From an uncultured Clostridia bacterium (lineage in GTDB: Bacteria; Bacillota; Clostridia; Christensenellales; Pumilibacteraceae): a DNA stretch of 64,000 bases. The stretch spans positions 17,421-81,420 of the forward strand of contig CAMWXP010000002.1 in NCBI GenBank assembly GCA_947178255.1, given 5' to 3'. The notes beneath the pieces were generated by a model. That model saw nothing but the letters and a program-made list of their open reading frames with translations. It ran no database searches and was not told the origin of the DNA. Shown here one piece after another: positions 18,844 through 29,162 of this stretch; the stretch's first letter is position 1; each line of letters begins with the position of its first letter. Position numbers and translations under genes: made by a program.

Positions 18844-20421
18844 ATGAAACGTTCGAAGCTGTTACACAATTTGCAGCCGCTATTGTTCGGCTGTATCACG
18901 GGCATAGTGTGCGGCGCGGTAATCGCGCTGTTTTTGGTATGCTCGCGCATTGTAATAAGCTTTGCTTTTTCGGTATATTCGCTTGAACGCACGGTACTTG
19001 CCGTAACCTGCACGCTTATATTAGTCATTTTGTGCTGCTTGATAACGGCAGTACTGCAAATACTTGTGCCTGCCGCCAAGGGCAGCGGCATACCGCTTGC
19101 CGAGGGCTGCGCACGCGGTATGCTCAGAGTTAAATGGCTGCGCACGTCGGCGGCGCTGATTGCCGGGAGCCTGTTGGCATTCCTGTCGGGCATGCCGCTG
19201 GGCAGCGAAGGCCCGTCCATAGGCGTGGGCGGTCTTATAGGCGAAGGCGTAGGGCGCATTGCTAAAAAGCCTGTGCAGTTTAGGCGGTACTTGATAACGG
19301 GCGGAGCAAGCTCCGGCCTTGCGGTAGCGTTCAACGCGCCGCTTACCGGCGTGGCGTTCGCCTTGGAGGAAACTCACCGCAAATTTTCGCCCGGCATACT
19401 GCTTGCGGCGTTCAGCTCGGTAGTGCCCGCAATAATGGTATCCCAGCTTTTGTTTTGGGGCTTCGGGCATATATCCTACCTTAACAGCTTGGGCATAGGC
19501 TACGGAATGACCGTGCTCCCCTTTTTGGCACAGGTCAAGTACACCTCGGTAGGCGCACTGTTTACGGTATGCGGCATTGCCGCAGCAAGCGGAATACTGT
19601 GCGCGTTGCTTGCCGCGGCGTTCAACTGCTGTATATTCCTATTCGGCAAGCTGTTCGGAAAAATAAACAACGCGGCGCTCAGATTGCTCCCCGCCTTTAT
19701 GCTGACGGCGGTATGCGGACTTTGCATATATTCGGTTATCGGCACAGGCGAACGCACCTTCGAACACGTATCGGTAAACACCGCGGCGGGCATGCTTATA
19801 CTGCTTGTCGTACTGCGCTTTGCAATGACGGCGACGGCAAGCGGCAGCAGCGCAACCGGCGGACTGTTTTTGCCGATGATAGCGATTGGCGGCATACTCG
19901 GCACGCTTATCGCCAAAGCCGCTATGGCAATGGGCATGAGCGCGGAATATGCGCCCAATGTGATAATGCTGACTGTTTCGGCGTTTTTTGCCGCGTCGGT
20001 GCGTGCGCCTATAAGTGCGCTTGCAATGTCGGTGGAGCTTACGGCAAGCTTTGCCAACCTTTTGCCGTGCGCGGTGGCCGTAGGGATCGCAACAGCCATT
20101 GCTGCGGTATTGCGCTCGGCGCCGTTGTACGACAAGATGATGGAAGACCTGTACAACAATACCGTTACGGACAGCGACGACGTCACGCTCAAAGGCATAG
20201 TACATGCCAAATCGTTTATCTGCGGCAGGCGCATACGCGACGTGCTGTGGCCGCACAACTCGCTTGTTACCGATCTTTGCCGCGACGGCCGCGACCTCGT
20301 GCCCGACGGCGAGACCGTTTTGCAGGAAGGCGACGAGCTTACCGTTCGCGCCGAGCTTGTCAATAAAGACGCATTTATAGAACAAATGCAGGACTACATT
20401 ATTACGCGCAATCGAAATTGA
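18844..20421 (+). CDS. ClC family Cl-/H+ transporter with C-terminal RCK_C (TrkA-C) domain
   Basis: GSGIP, GSEGP, GGLFLP, LYD motifs; VPDGETVLQEGD. Confidence 0.9.
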   Translation: MKRSKLLHNLQPLLFGCITGIVCGAVIALFLVCSRIVISFAFSVYSLERTVLAVTCTLILVILCCLITAVLQILVPAAKGSGIPLAEGCARGMLRVKWLRTSAALIAGSLLAFLSGMPLGSEGPSIGVGGLIGEGVGRIAKKPVQFRRYLITGGASSGLAVAFNAPLTGVAFALEETHRKFSPGILLAAFSSVVPAIMVSQLLFWGFGHISYLNSLGIGYGMTVLPFLAQVKYTSVGALFTVCGIAAASGILCALLAAAFNCCIFLFGKLFGKINNAALRLLPAFMLTAVCGLCIYSVIGTGERTFEHVSVNTAAGMLILLVVLRFAMTATASGSSATGGLFLPMIAIGGILGTLIAKAAMAMGMSAEYAPNVIMLTVSAFFAASVRAPISALAMSVELTASFANLLPCAVAVGIATAIAAVLRSAPLYDKMMEDLYNNTVTDSDDVTLKGIVHAKSFICGRRIRDVLWPHNSLVTDLCRDGRDLVPDGETVLQEGDELTVRAELVNKDAFIEQMQDYIITRNRN

Positions 20422-20454
20422 GATTGGGCAGTTTTCGTAAGGAGTAAAACACTA

Positions 20455-21981
20455 ATGACTACGGTAGCTATAACAGGAATAACCGGCAACATGGGTCAAG
20501 CGACCTTCGAGGCGCTTAACGGCCTGGAAGTGGACGAGATACGGCTTTTGATCCGCACCCCCAAACGCTTTAAAAAGCTTTTAAAGGCGAACAAGGCGTT
20601 GGAAGGTAAGGTGACGGTGATAAACGGCGGTATGACCGACGTCGAGGCGATAAAGCAGCTGGTTACGGGCGCCGATATAGTCATTAACATGGCGGCGGTA
20701 ATTCCGCCCCGCTCCGACCAAGACCCCAACGCGGCAGTAGCGTGCAATCAAGTTGGCACCGAGCTTTTGGTGACGACAATAGAAAATATTAAGGACAGTC
20801 AGCCCGCACTTATTCACGTATCTTCGGTGGCTGTGTACGGCAACCGCACGGGCGCTCACCCCTTCGGGCGTGTGGGCGATCCGTTGCTTGCAAGCCCGCT
20901 GGACGTGTATTCGGCAACCAAGGTGCGCGGCGAATTTCGCGTACTGGAAAGCAAAATAGAAAAGTGGGCGATACTCCGCCAATCGGCAATGCTCCACCCG
21001 CAGATGATAACGGACAACATTCACGACGGACTGATGTTCCACACTGCGTACAACGCACCGCTGGAATGGGTTACGGCGCACGACAGCGGCGTGCTTATCC
21101 GCAATATTATACAACAATATATAGACGGGAGTATGCCCGAAAAGTTTTGGAAGCGCTGCTACAACATAGCGGGCGGAAAGCTTAACCGCCGCTACGGTAT
21201 TCAGACGTTTGACGAGGGCTTTGCCGTAATGGGCGGCAGCTCCAAACATTTTTTCAAGCCTGTGTACAACGCGACGCGCAACTTCCACGGCGTGTGGTAT
21301 TTGGACGGCGACGAGCTCAACAATATGTTCGACTTCCAAAGCCAAACGACAGAACAGTACTGGCAGCAGGTCTTTAAGGCACATCCCGTTTTCAAGCTGG
21401 GCAAGCTCGTGCCAAAAGGCTTGATACACTTCTTTTTGTTCCGCAAGCTGTTAAAGGACAAAAACGCGCCGTCGTACTGGGCAAAGCATAACGACGAGGC
21501 GCGAATGATAGCATACTTCGGCGGCAAGGCCGAGTACGACAAGCTTAAATCGGTCAAGTGGTCGGAATTCCCGCTGCTCGACCCCGCGCAAATACAAAAT
21601 CTTAACGACAACGATTCCCCCGTGTACTACGGCTACGATATAAATAAGTCGGACGACGAAATAACAAACGCCGACGTCAAGGCAGTTGCGGAAGCGCACG
21701 GCGGCAAGCTGCTGTCCGAGTTTGACGGCGATATGTACAAAAAGCTGGACTTCGAAACACAGGACGGCGAAAAGTTTACGGCAAGCGCGTATACGGTGTT
21801 GCGCGCCGGACACTGGTACAATCCCATATACGACAAGTTTGTTTGGGACTTTGACAGGCTTTCCAAAAAGGACAAGATTTTCGCGTCGATATGGTACGAC
21901 ACCCACGACAAGGACGAGGACTACGTTTACTCGTTTGACGCCAACTTTGTCGCTCACGCAAACAAGATAGAAAAGAAATGA
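20455..21981 (+). CDS. NAD-dependent epimerase/dehydratase family protein with C-terminal extension
   Basis: GITGNMG Rossmann motif, SSVAVYG, YSATK. Confidence 0.8.
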   Translation: MTTVAITGITGNMGQATFEALNGLEVDEIRLLIRTPKRFKKLLKANKALEGKVTVINGGMTDVEAIKQLVTGADIVINMAAVIPPRSDQDPNAAVACNQVGTELLVTTIENIKDSQPALIHVSSVAVYGNRTGAHPFGRVGDPLLASPLDVYSATKVRGEFRVLESKIEKWAILRQSAMLHPQMITDNIHDGLMFHTAYNAPLEWVTAHDSGVLIRNIIQQYIDGSMPEKFWKRCYNIAGGKLNRRYGIQTFDEGFAVMGGSSKHFFKPVYNATRNFHGVWYLDGDELNNMFDFQSQTTEQYWQQVFKAHPVFKLGKLVPKGLIHFFLFRKLLKDKNAPSYWAKHNDEARMIAYFGGKAEYDKLKSVKWSEFPLLDPAQIQNLNDNDSPVYYGYDINKSDDEITNADVKAVAEAHGGKLLSEFDGDMYKKLDFETQDGEKFTASAYTVLRAGHWYNPIYDKFVWDFDRLSKKDKIFASIWYDTHDKDEDYVYSFDANFVAHANKIEKK

Positions 21982-22886
21982 AAATACTGTTGATATACTT
22001 TTCGGGTACCGGCAATACAAAACGCATATCCGATTTATACAAAGCTGCATTCGAGGAGCGCGGCGCCGAGGTGGACGATTTAGCATTACCCCTAACAGCC
22101 CCGCTGCCGAACATAGCCGACTACGACATGATAGGACTGGGCTATCCCATACACGGGTTCAACGCGCCCAAGCTGCTTTTAACGCTTTGCAAACAACTTC
22201 CCAAGCGCAATAAAAAGACGGACGCATATAAAAAGGCGTTTATATTCAAAACGTCGGGCGAGCCCGTGCGTATGAGCGACGTGTCGTCGCTGAAAATGCG
22301 CAAGATATTAAAGCGGCGCGGATACGCCGTAAACAACGAATACCAATACGTAATGCCGTACAATATAATATTCCGCCACACCGACAGCCAAGTATACAAA
22401 ATGTGGACGGTCGCGCAAAAGCTTGTCCCAGCCGACGTAAATGAAATTTTGCAGGGCGGCACTCACCTGCCCAAAAAGCTGTTTATGGGCGGATTCTTGG
22501 CGTGGGTGTTGCGCTGCGAACACTGGGGCGCACACATAATCGGCAAAACGTACAAGGCGAAAAAGGCTTGCGTAAAGTGCGGCAAGTGCGTAAAGCTGTG
22601 CCCTATGGGCAATATCCGCACAAACAAAAAAGGCAAGATAAAGTTCGGCGGCAAGTGCATAATATGCATGCGTTGCGTACAAGCCTGCCCCAAAGCAGCT
22701 ATAAACATGGGCTTACTTAACAGCTGGAAGGTAAACGGCGCGTACAGTTTTGCCGAGCCCGACGAGCCGTCACTCCCTACCAAGCACGACAAATATTGCA
22801 AAAAGGCGTACGACAGATATTACGCCGACGCCCAAGCGCGCATAGACTTATTCGACAAAAACTCGACAAACAGTGATAATTCTTGA
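21978..22886 (+). CDS. EFR1 family flavodoxin-ferredoxin
   Basis: YFSGTGNT flavodoxin loop; two CxxCxxCxxxCP motifs. Confidence 0.88.
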   Translation: MKILLIYFSGTGNTKRISDLYKAAFEERGAEVDDLALPLTAPLPNIADYDMIGLGYPIHGFNAPKLLLTLCKQLPKRNKKTDAYKKAFIFKTSGEPVRMSDVSSLKMRKILKRRGYAVNNEYQYVMPYNIIFRHTDSQVYKMWTVAQKLVPADVNEILQGGTHLPKKLFMGGFLAWVLRCEHWGAHIIGKTYKAKKACVKCGKCVKLCPMGNIRTNKKGKIKFGGKCIICMRCVQACPKAAINMGLLNSWKVNGAYSFAEPDEPSLPTKHDKYCKKAYDRYYADAQARIDLFDKNSTNSDNS

Positions 22887-22950
22887 CAAAAGTATTGACA
22901 GAAAATACACATAGTGATATTATTAGCATATAATCATTTGGAGGTAAATC

Positions 22951-23451
22951 ATGGCTAAAAAACTCAACGTGATCGGCTTGGTATTTACATGCCTTGCAGT
23001 GGTCGGACTTGTACTCGCAATAGTGGGTATGTGCACAGGTGTTGTTTCAATAGAGGGCGAAACCGCAACCTTATTTGACGACAGCTGGGATGCCCCCGGA
23101 ATGCCCAGCACTGCGTTCACTCTTGTAGCGTTCATCGTAGCGCTTATCGGTGCGCTTATTGTGCTTGCAAACGGCGTTCTCGGCTTCCTCGGCAAGGACA
23201 TCAAAATCCTTGGCCTTGTGGGCGGAGCGGTTGCAATCGTAGGCGGCATACTTGTCCTTGTTGCAGGTCTTGTCCTTGCCGGCGATGTGAGCGACATTGT
23301 CAACGCGATTGGCAACTTAGCAGGCTCTATGGGTGTGGAAGTACCGAAGGCCAGCGTAAATGCAGGCATCGGTATTTGGCTCGGCGCTATCGGCGGTATT
23401 CTTGCCGGTGCTGCAGGTCTTTTGGGCGCTCTTAAAGTCGGACAGAAATAA
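22951..23451 (+). CDS. Gly/Ala-rich 4-TM membrane protein
   Basis: own promoter TTGACA-N17-TATTAT, GGAGGT RBS, own terminator. Confidence 0.7.
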   Translation: MAKKLNVIGLVFTCLAVVGLVLAIVGMCTGVVSIEGETATLFDDSWDAPGMPSTAFTLVAFIVALIGALIVLANGVLGFLGKDIKILGLVGGAVAIVGGILVLVAGLVLAGDVSDIVNAIGNLAGSMGVEVPKASVNAGIGIWLGAIGGILAGAAGLLGALKVGQK

Positions 23452-23464
23452 CAACTACTTAAAC

Positions 23465-23492
23465 AAAAAAACGGGCCTATGCCCGTTTTTTT
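23465..23492 (+). terminator. bidirectional terminator
   Basis: AAAAAAACGGGC-CTAT-GCCCGTTTTTTT. Confidence 0.8.
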
Positions 23493-23535
23493 GTTGCCGT
23501 TTTTCTTTTTTATAAGGTTGAGAATAAGAATATTG

Positions 23536-23658
23536 TGCGGCTGCGCCTAGATTTCTCCGCTCCGCGCTAACGCGCTTCGGTCGAAATGATGGGGATACGT
23601 GTTAGGCTTTTCTCCCATCACCCCGAGCAACGCCGAGGGGTCTAGGCGAACCGCCGCA
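23536..23658. repeat. REP-like palindromic element (GTCA/ATCA-tagged type)
   Basis: outer arms TGCGG..CGCCTAGA / TCTAGGCG..CCGCA; inner ATCACCCCGAGCAACGCCGAGGGGTCT resembles element at 55285. Confidence 0.6.
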
Positions 23659-23683
23659 TACATGTTTTGCTATTACTAAATTT

Positions 23684-23715
23684 AATTCTTAATTCTGCAT
23701 TCTTAATTCTTAATT
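23684..23715. repeat. heptamer array
   Basis: AATTCTT AATTCTG CATTCTT AATTCTT AATT next to GH36-like stop. Confidence 0.8.
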
Positions 23716-23718
23716 AAA

Positions 23719-25308
23719 TTACCAGTCCGCCACTTGCAGGATATGAAACACGCTCGTGCCCTCGCTCACGGCAATGCCGCAGTGAATAAGCGCCGCGCCG
23801 GAGAATGTTTTGTTCAGCTCTCGCACGTGGTACAGATTGTGCTCGTCCAGTCCGAAAAGCTTTATGCGTTCGCCCTTTGAAACGCACACCGTATACGCGC
23901 GCGACTTATCCTTGTTCACAACCATCGAGCACCCGCCGTTACTGTAAACGTCGCCGCGCAGTACGCACCTCGCGTCGTCCTGATACGATAATATCTGCGC
24001 GCGCACCGCGCGTTTGATTCCGTCCGACAGCTCCATTGGATTAAGCTCGTAGCCGAGCGCGCCGAGCGAAGCAACGTCAAACCGCGTTTTAAAGTTTTCG
24101 GGCGGGTCGAGATTTACTATATTGCGAATAAACCCGAGCGGATAGTACGCAGTGTACGCTTTGACGTCGTCGAGCAGCAATCCAAAATCCACGCGAATGC
24201 CGTCGAATTCGTTTTTTATCATGTTCTTTATTGCGAACATGCCGCGTGCGACGTCGCTGCTTGTCGCGTTTTTGGGCGCGTCTATCATTACGTACTTGAT
24301 ATCATAGTTAGACAAAGAATAGCGTACTGCGTGATACAGCATAGCCGTGTGCTTGTCCGAATTGTCGTATTTGTATATGCCGTCGGACGCCTTGCAGATA
24401 TTGGTACGCAACGCGCTTGTTTCTTGTATACACTCGCGGTTTATGCGCAAGCCTGCAATCAACCCGTTTTCACTGCACGCTTCGCTCAGCGTACTTATTT
24501 CGTCCCTTGTATGCCTGCCGCCGTCAAGCGCAACGATGCCGAACCCCAGCTCGCCCGCCGCCTTGACCGCCGCAACAATTTCCTTCCATTCCATTTTGGG
24601 TAAAAACAAGACGGCGGCACGCTCGGACACGTCGGAGTTATCCTCGCGCAGTATGTCGTGGAATACCCGCGACACCCCGCCCCTGCCCATATCCGAATAC
24701 ACGCAAAGTAATTCGTGGCACTCTACGTCGCCGTTAATTTCATATAACGTTACCGCGTCCGTTGTATCGCACGTAACGGTATCTCGGACGGTAATATTGC
24801 CTTCGCCGTTGGGGCACAAAAATCCGTACGCGTCGCCGCTATCGCCGCCGCAGGTCGCAAAAAATCCGTCAGGCTTACAGTCGGCGTTTTGAACGTTACA
24901 ACCTACCGATTGCCGCACAAGCGCAAGCTTTAACTCCTCGCTGCCCTCGTGCTTTATCGTAACACGCCGGTATATTCCGCCGCGCGGGTGCGGTGTGTAA
25001 TACATAGTCGCTTTCAGCTTTTCTTTTACAGCGCACAGCTCCACGACGAGCGACTTGTTGTTACCGTCGTCGTCCGTCATGATCCACGCTTCCGTAACCG
25101 TGAAATCTACGTCCTTCTTTTTGCCGCCCTCTACCGCTTGCACGCAAAGTTCTTTTACGTTGCCACCCAGTCCGAGCGCGGCAAGGTCGTCCTCCGGCTC
25201 GACGCGCTTGCCGAAGTATACGTGCATAGGCACACCGTCCGCTATTGTGAATATATAGCAAACCTCGCCCGCAGAAATATAGCAAATATCGTTATCGATT
25301 TTAATCAT
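23719..25308 (-). CDS. alpha-galactosidase (GH36)-like protein, strongly degenerate
   Basis: HVYFGKRV N-terminus, ALDGG (cf. VLDDGW), GALGYELNP, GLDEHNLY GH36C-like end; about 200 aa shorter than typical. Confidence 0.65.
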   Translation of the reverse strand: MIKIDNDICYISAGEVCYIFTIADGVPMHVYFGKRVEPEDDLAALGLGGNVKELCVQAVEGGKKKDVDFTVTEAWIMTDDDGNNKSLVVELCAVKEKLKATMYYTPHPRGGIYRRVTIKHEGSEELKLALVRQSVGCNVQNADCKPDGFFATCGGDSGDAYGFLCPNGEGNITVRDTVTCDTTDAVTLYEINGDVECHELLCVYSDMGRGGVSRVFHDILREDNSDVSERAAVLFLPKMEWKEIVAAVKAAGELGFGIVALDGGRHTRDEISTLSEACSENGLIAGLRINRECIQETSALRTNICKASDGIYKYDNSDKHTAMLYHAVRYSLSNYDIKYVMIDAPKNATSSDVARGMFAIKNMIKNEFDGIRVDFGLLLDDVKAYTAYYPLGFIRNIVNLDPPENFKTRFDVASLGALGYELNPMELSDGIKRAVRAQILSYQDDARCVLRGDVYSNGGCSMVVNKDKSRAYTVCVSKGERIKLFGLDEHNLYHVRELNKTFSGAALIHCGIAVSEGTSVFHILQVADW

Positions 25309-25316
25309 TGTTGTTC

Positions 25317-26093
25317 CTAAAAAATTTTAGCGGTAATATCAAGCATCAGCTTTTGCGGCAGTATATGCCGTAGGAAATTAAGCGCCTTGTACTTGAAGCC
25401 TATTATATACAGCGGCTTTTTACCTTTTTTGCAACATTTATAAATCTTTTTTACGGCGGGCTTTAGCTTCATTCTCTTATGCTCTCGCCCGTCTATTTTT
25501 TGCGCCGAAACCAAAGGCGCGTCGCCGTAGCGCTCGCCGCCGTCACCGTACTTTATACGGTTGGCGGTAAAGCTTGTTTGAATATCGCCCGGGCAAACAG
25601 AGCTTACGCGTATGCCGTGGCGCTTTAATTCCATGTACAATCCGTACGCCGCCATGTTCACCGCCGCCTTGCTCGCGCAATACATGGCGCGGTACGGCAG
25701 TGCAAACAGCGCGCACGCCGACGAAATAAACACGGCGTTGCTACCCGCTTGCATATACGTCAAGGCACACCGCACAAGGTTGAGCGCGGCGGTAAAGTTT
25801 AGGTCTATTTGCTTTTGCACTTGCTCGATAGGCAGTAGCTCGGTCGCGCCCGACAGCCCGCCGCCCGCATTGGCTATTACCGTATCAATCCGTCCGTAAC
25901 GCGCGTACACTTCGTCCACAATGCGCTTTACGGCTTCGAGGTCGGTTACGTCCGCCGCAATATCGGGCTCGACAGCGGTGCGGGCAATGCCCACCACTAC
26001 GTGGCCGTCCGCGCGGTAAAGAGCGCAAAGCTCCTTGCCGATACCCGAAGTGCAGCCCGAAATTATTACTATCTTTTGTTTATTATTCTTCAT
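25317..26093 (-). CDS. short-chain dehydrogenase/reductase
   Basis: SGCTSGIG, NAGGG, YCASK. Confidence 0.88.
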   Translation of the reverse strand: MKNNKQKIVIISGCTSGIGKELCALYRADGHVVVGIARTAVEPDIAADVTDLEAVKRIVDEVYARYGRIDTVIANAGGGLSGATELLPIEQVQKQIDLNFTAALNLVRCALTYMQAGSNAVFISSACALFALPYRAMYCASKAAVNMAAYGLYMELKRHGIRVSSVCPGDIQTSFTANRIKYGDGGERYGDAPLVSAQKIDGREHKRMKLKPAVKKIYKCCKKGKKPLYIIGFKYKALNFLRHILPQKLMLDITAKIF

Positions 26094-27939
26094 TTTTTTT
26101 GGCGGTCTTTTTGGTCGCAGACTTATTGGCAGCGGGCTTTTGCTCGCCTGCAAGCAGCCTGTTTATTGCCGCCAAAAACTCGGGCTCGGTCTTGTAGCCC
26201 TCGGCAATAAGCGCCTCGTTGTACAGCACTGTCACCGTGTCGTCAAACGCTCCGTCGGTAAGGTTTTCCATGCCGAGTATAATCGGGTGCGCCATGTTCA
26301 CCTGCAACACGCGCTCGGCTTTGACGCCGCCGCCCATCGCTTGCATTATGCGCTCCATTTCCAGCGACACGTCGCCCTTGGCGGCAAGGCACACGGGGTA
26401 AGATTTCAGTTTGTCCGTAGCAGTAACCGTCGCTTTGCCTTTCAGCTTTTCCTCTATGCGTTTGAGCAAATCCTTATGCTCTTGCTTTTCGGTCTTTACT
26501 TCCTCGCTGCCCGACGCAATATTTTCAAACTTGTGTCCGTCGTACTCTTCCAGCATGCGCGCGACAAATTCGTCCACGGGATCGACAAAGTACAGCACGT
26601 CGTCGCCCTTATCCCGCGCGACTTCCAGCTGCGGAAGCATGGAAATTTTTTCTATCGTTTCGCCGCAAGCGTACAGCACGGGCGCTTTTTCTTTAAGCTC
26701 CGCCGTGTATTCCTTGTACGTTGTAAGCTTTTTGTTCTTGTCCGAATAGTACAGCAACAGGTCTTTAAGCTTGTCCTTGTCGGCGCCGAAGTTGTTGTAC
26801 GCGCCGAATTTTATCGCCTTGCCGAACTGAGTGAAAATCTTTTCGTATTTTTCTCTGTCGTTTTTGAGCAGCTTATCGAGCTCGGAAAGAATTTTCTTTT
26901 CCAAGCCGTTTGCTATCGCTTTAAGCCGCCTGTCGTGCTGCAACGTTTCGCGCGAAATGTTGAGCGCAAGATCGGGCGTATCCACCACGCCGCGCACAAA
27001 GCCCAAGTATTCGGGCAGCAGCTCGGCGCACGTGTCCATAATAAGCACGCCGTTGCAGTACAGCGACAGTCCGCGCTTATAATCCTTGGTGTAGTAGTCG
27101 TACGGCGGCTCGGACGGAATAAACAGCAACGCCGTGTAGTCCACAGCGCCCTCGACGCGCGTCATAATGTTGTACAGCGGGTCGCGGTAATCGCGGTAGG
27201 TGTGCTTGTAAAACTCGTCCAGCTCGTTTTCGCCGAGCTCGGACTTTTGTTTTTTCCACACGGGGATCATCGAGTTGAGTATGGTCATCTCGTCCGCTTT
27301 TTGCCTGTCCTCGGTGTACATTTCGGTCATCATGCGTATGGGATAACGAATATAGTCCGAATACTTTTTGACAAGCGTGGTCAGCCGATAGCTCTCCAAA
27401 TATTCGGAATACTTGTCGTCGTCGCCGTCCGGCTTGAGCGATATAATTACGTCGGTGCCCGCGTCGGCGCGTTCGGCGTCCGTTATGTCAAAGCCTTCCA
27501 CGCCGTCCGACGTCCACTTATATGCGCGGTCGCTGCCCACCTTTTTGGTGACGACGGTAACTTGCTGCGCAACCATAAACGCCGAGTAGAACCCTACGCC
27601 GAACTGGCCTATGAGCTCGGCGTTCTCCTTGACGCCCTGCTCCTTTTTGAACGCTTCCGTGCCGCTTGCCGCAATTACGCCGAGGTTGTCCTCCAACTCC
27701 TTGTCGGTCATGCCCACGCCGTTGTCGCTTATGGTAAGCGTGCGCGCCGTCTTGTCCACCTTTATTTCTATGCCGAAGTCGGCGGCAAGGCTGCTGTCGG
27801 TAAGGGACATAAACCTGCGCTTATCTATGGCGTCCGACGCGTTGGATATAAGCTCGCGCAAAAATATTTCGCGGTTGACATATATCGAATTTACAACCAA
27901 ATCGAGTAGCTTTTGTGACTGTGCTTTGAACTTTTTCAT
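26083..27939 (-). CDS. htpG: Hsp90 chaperone HtpG
   Basis: IFLRELISNASDA, DNGVGM, IGQFGVGFYS, LNISRETLQ. Confidence 0.97.
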   Translation of the reverse strand: MKKFKAQSQKLLDLVVNSIYVNREIFLRELISNASDAIDKRRFMSLTDSSLAADFGIEIKVDKTARTLTISDNGVGMTDKELEDNLGVIAASGTEAFKKEQGVKENAELIGQFGVGFYSAFMVAQQVTVVTKKVGSDRAYKWTSDGVEGFDITDAERADAGTDVIISLKPDGDDDKYSEYLESYRLTTLVKKYSDYIRYPIRMMTEMYTEDRQKADEMTILNSMIPVWKKQKSELGENELDEFYKHTYRDYRDPLYNIMTRVEGAVDYTALLFIPSEPPYDYYTKDYKRGLSLYCNGVLIMDTCAELLPEYLGFVRGVVDTPDLALNISRETLQHDRRLKAIANGLEKKILSELDKLLKNDREKYEKIFTQFGKAIKFGAYNNFGADKDKLKDLLLYYSDKNKKLTTYKEYTAELKEKAPVLYACGETIEKISMLPQLEVARDKGDDVLYFVDPVDEFVARMLEEYDGHKFENIASGSEEVKTEKQEHKDLLKRIEEKLKGKATVTATDKLKSYPVCLAAKGDVSLEMERIMQAMGGGVKAERVLQVNMAHPIILGMENLTDGAFDDTVTVLYNEALIAEGYKTEPEFLAAINRLLAGEQKPAANKSATKKTAKKNEE

Positions 27940-28012
27940 AATTTTAATTTACTCCTTATGCATTGAAAAACGCGACACGGAGTCTGTATCGCCTCGTGCC
28001 GCGCGGATATTA

Positions 28013-29044
28013 CTAATAAAACTTGCCAAGCACCTCGCTTGTGCTTGTTACATATGCGAAGGTGTTGTCGTACTTTTTGAGTATCTTGTTGAACTCGCTG
28101 ACTTGGCGTTTATGTATTACGCAGATGAGCAACGCCTTGTCGCTGTGCGCGTACATGCCCATAGCGTCGATTTTGGTAACGCTGTGCCTAAGCTTGGCAA
28201 TAAGCTCGGCGGAAAGCTCCTCGGGGCTGTCGGTGATTATCTCGTACTTGATAGCCGACTTGAAGCCCGTAAGAATTACGTCGCCTACCATTGCGCTGCT
28301 GAACTGCTGCGTGAACGACATAAACACCGGCGTCATACCGTTTTTGTACACAAAGTACGACGCCAAAACGACTATCGCGTCCAAGCCCATTATGAACCAC
28401 GTTATGCCAGCAGCTTGATACTTGCGCTGTATAAGCGCGGCTATTATATCGGTGCCGCCGTTGCTGGCGCCCGCGCGAATCATAATGGCAACAGCAATGC
28501 CGCCAAGCACGCCGCACGCGATTGCGCCGAGAACGGGCTCAACGTTAGGCCCGCTGTACTGCGGAAAGTTGAACTCCTTCATAAGCACCATGCCGCCCGA
28601 GGACAATCCAACCGCGCATGCCGTTTTAATGGCAAAGCCCTTGTTCAAAAATATAAATGCAATAATAATAAGCGGTATGTTGATTAAGATATTGGTATAA
28701 CCTGCGGAAAATTTGTCGTTGGTCATAAACTGAACCATAGTGCCTATACCTGTAACGCCGCCGGGTGCAAAGTTAAGCTCGGGCGACGTCATAAACACCT
28801 GTACGCAAAATGAGCGTATAAATGACGCGACGAGTATCATTATCGGCACGATAACGAAGTTACGTATACGCTTCTTTTTTTGCTCGGGCGTAAGCGGCTT
28901 TTTTTCCTTTTTGGTTTTGGATTTTTTACCGTCGGCTTTGGGTTGCGAATCTACTACCGCGGCAGTCGCCGCAGCGGTTTCAGTCTGCGCCGTTTGACCG
29001 TTTTCCGCAGCCTCGATATTTTCGTTTTGTTGGGTTTCGCTCAT
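28013..29044 (-). CDS. YitT family membrane protein (DUF161 plus DUF2179)
   Basis: APGGVTGI, GASNGGTDI, C-terminal GMYAHSDK...AFAYV. Confidence 0.88.
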   Translation of the reverse strand: MSETQQNENIEAAENGQTAQTETAAATAAVVDSQPKADGKKSKTKKEKKPLTPEQKKKRIRNFVIVPIMILVASFIRSFCVQVFMTSPELNFAPGGVTGIGTMVQFMTNDKFSAGYTNILINIPLIIIAFIFLNKGFAIKTACAVGLSSGGMVLMKEFNFPQYSGPNVEPVLGAIACGVLGGIAVAIMIRAGASNGGTDIIAALIQRKYQAAGITWFIMGLDAIVVLASYFVYKNGMTPVFMSFTQQFSSAMVGDVILTGFKSAIKYEIITDSPEELSAELIAKLRHSVTKIDAMGMYAHSDKALLICVIHKRQVSEFNKILKKYDNTFAYVTSTSEVLGKFY

Positions 29045-29129
29045 AAAATTATATGACCTCTATATGAGTTATAACAAACTGCAAAAAATTAATCAAGTAT
29101 TTTAAGACAGTAAAAGATTAACAATTTTT

Positions 29130-29162
29130 AATTCCGAATTCATAATTCCGAATTCTGAATTT
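29130..29162. repeat. heptamer array
   Basis: supplies last codons (QNSEL) and TGA stop of psd. Confidence 0.8.

Noticed and set aside
26091-26105. T-run at the htpG/SDR overlap as a phase-variable tract
   Set aside because: Only 7-8 nt, encodes ordinary Lys codons; both frames intact
26035-27909. 624-aa plus-strand ORF (also 879-2309 +, 17976-19334 -, 35846-37117 +, 61078-62373 +)
   Set aside because: Antisense shadows of well-supported genes in GC3-rich DNA; no RBS or motifs
27940-28012. CIRCE or CtsR box upstream of htpG
   Set aside because: No TTAGCACTC-N9-GAGTGCTAA or GTCAAA direct repeats visible
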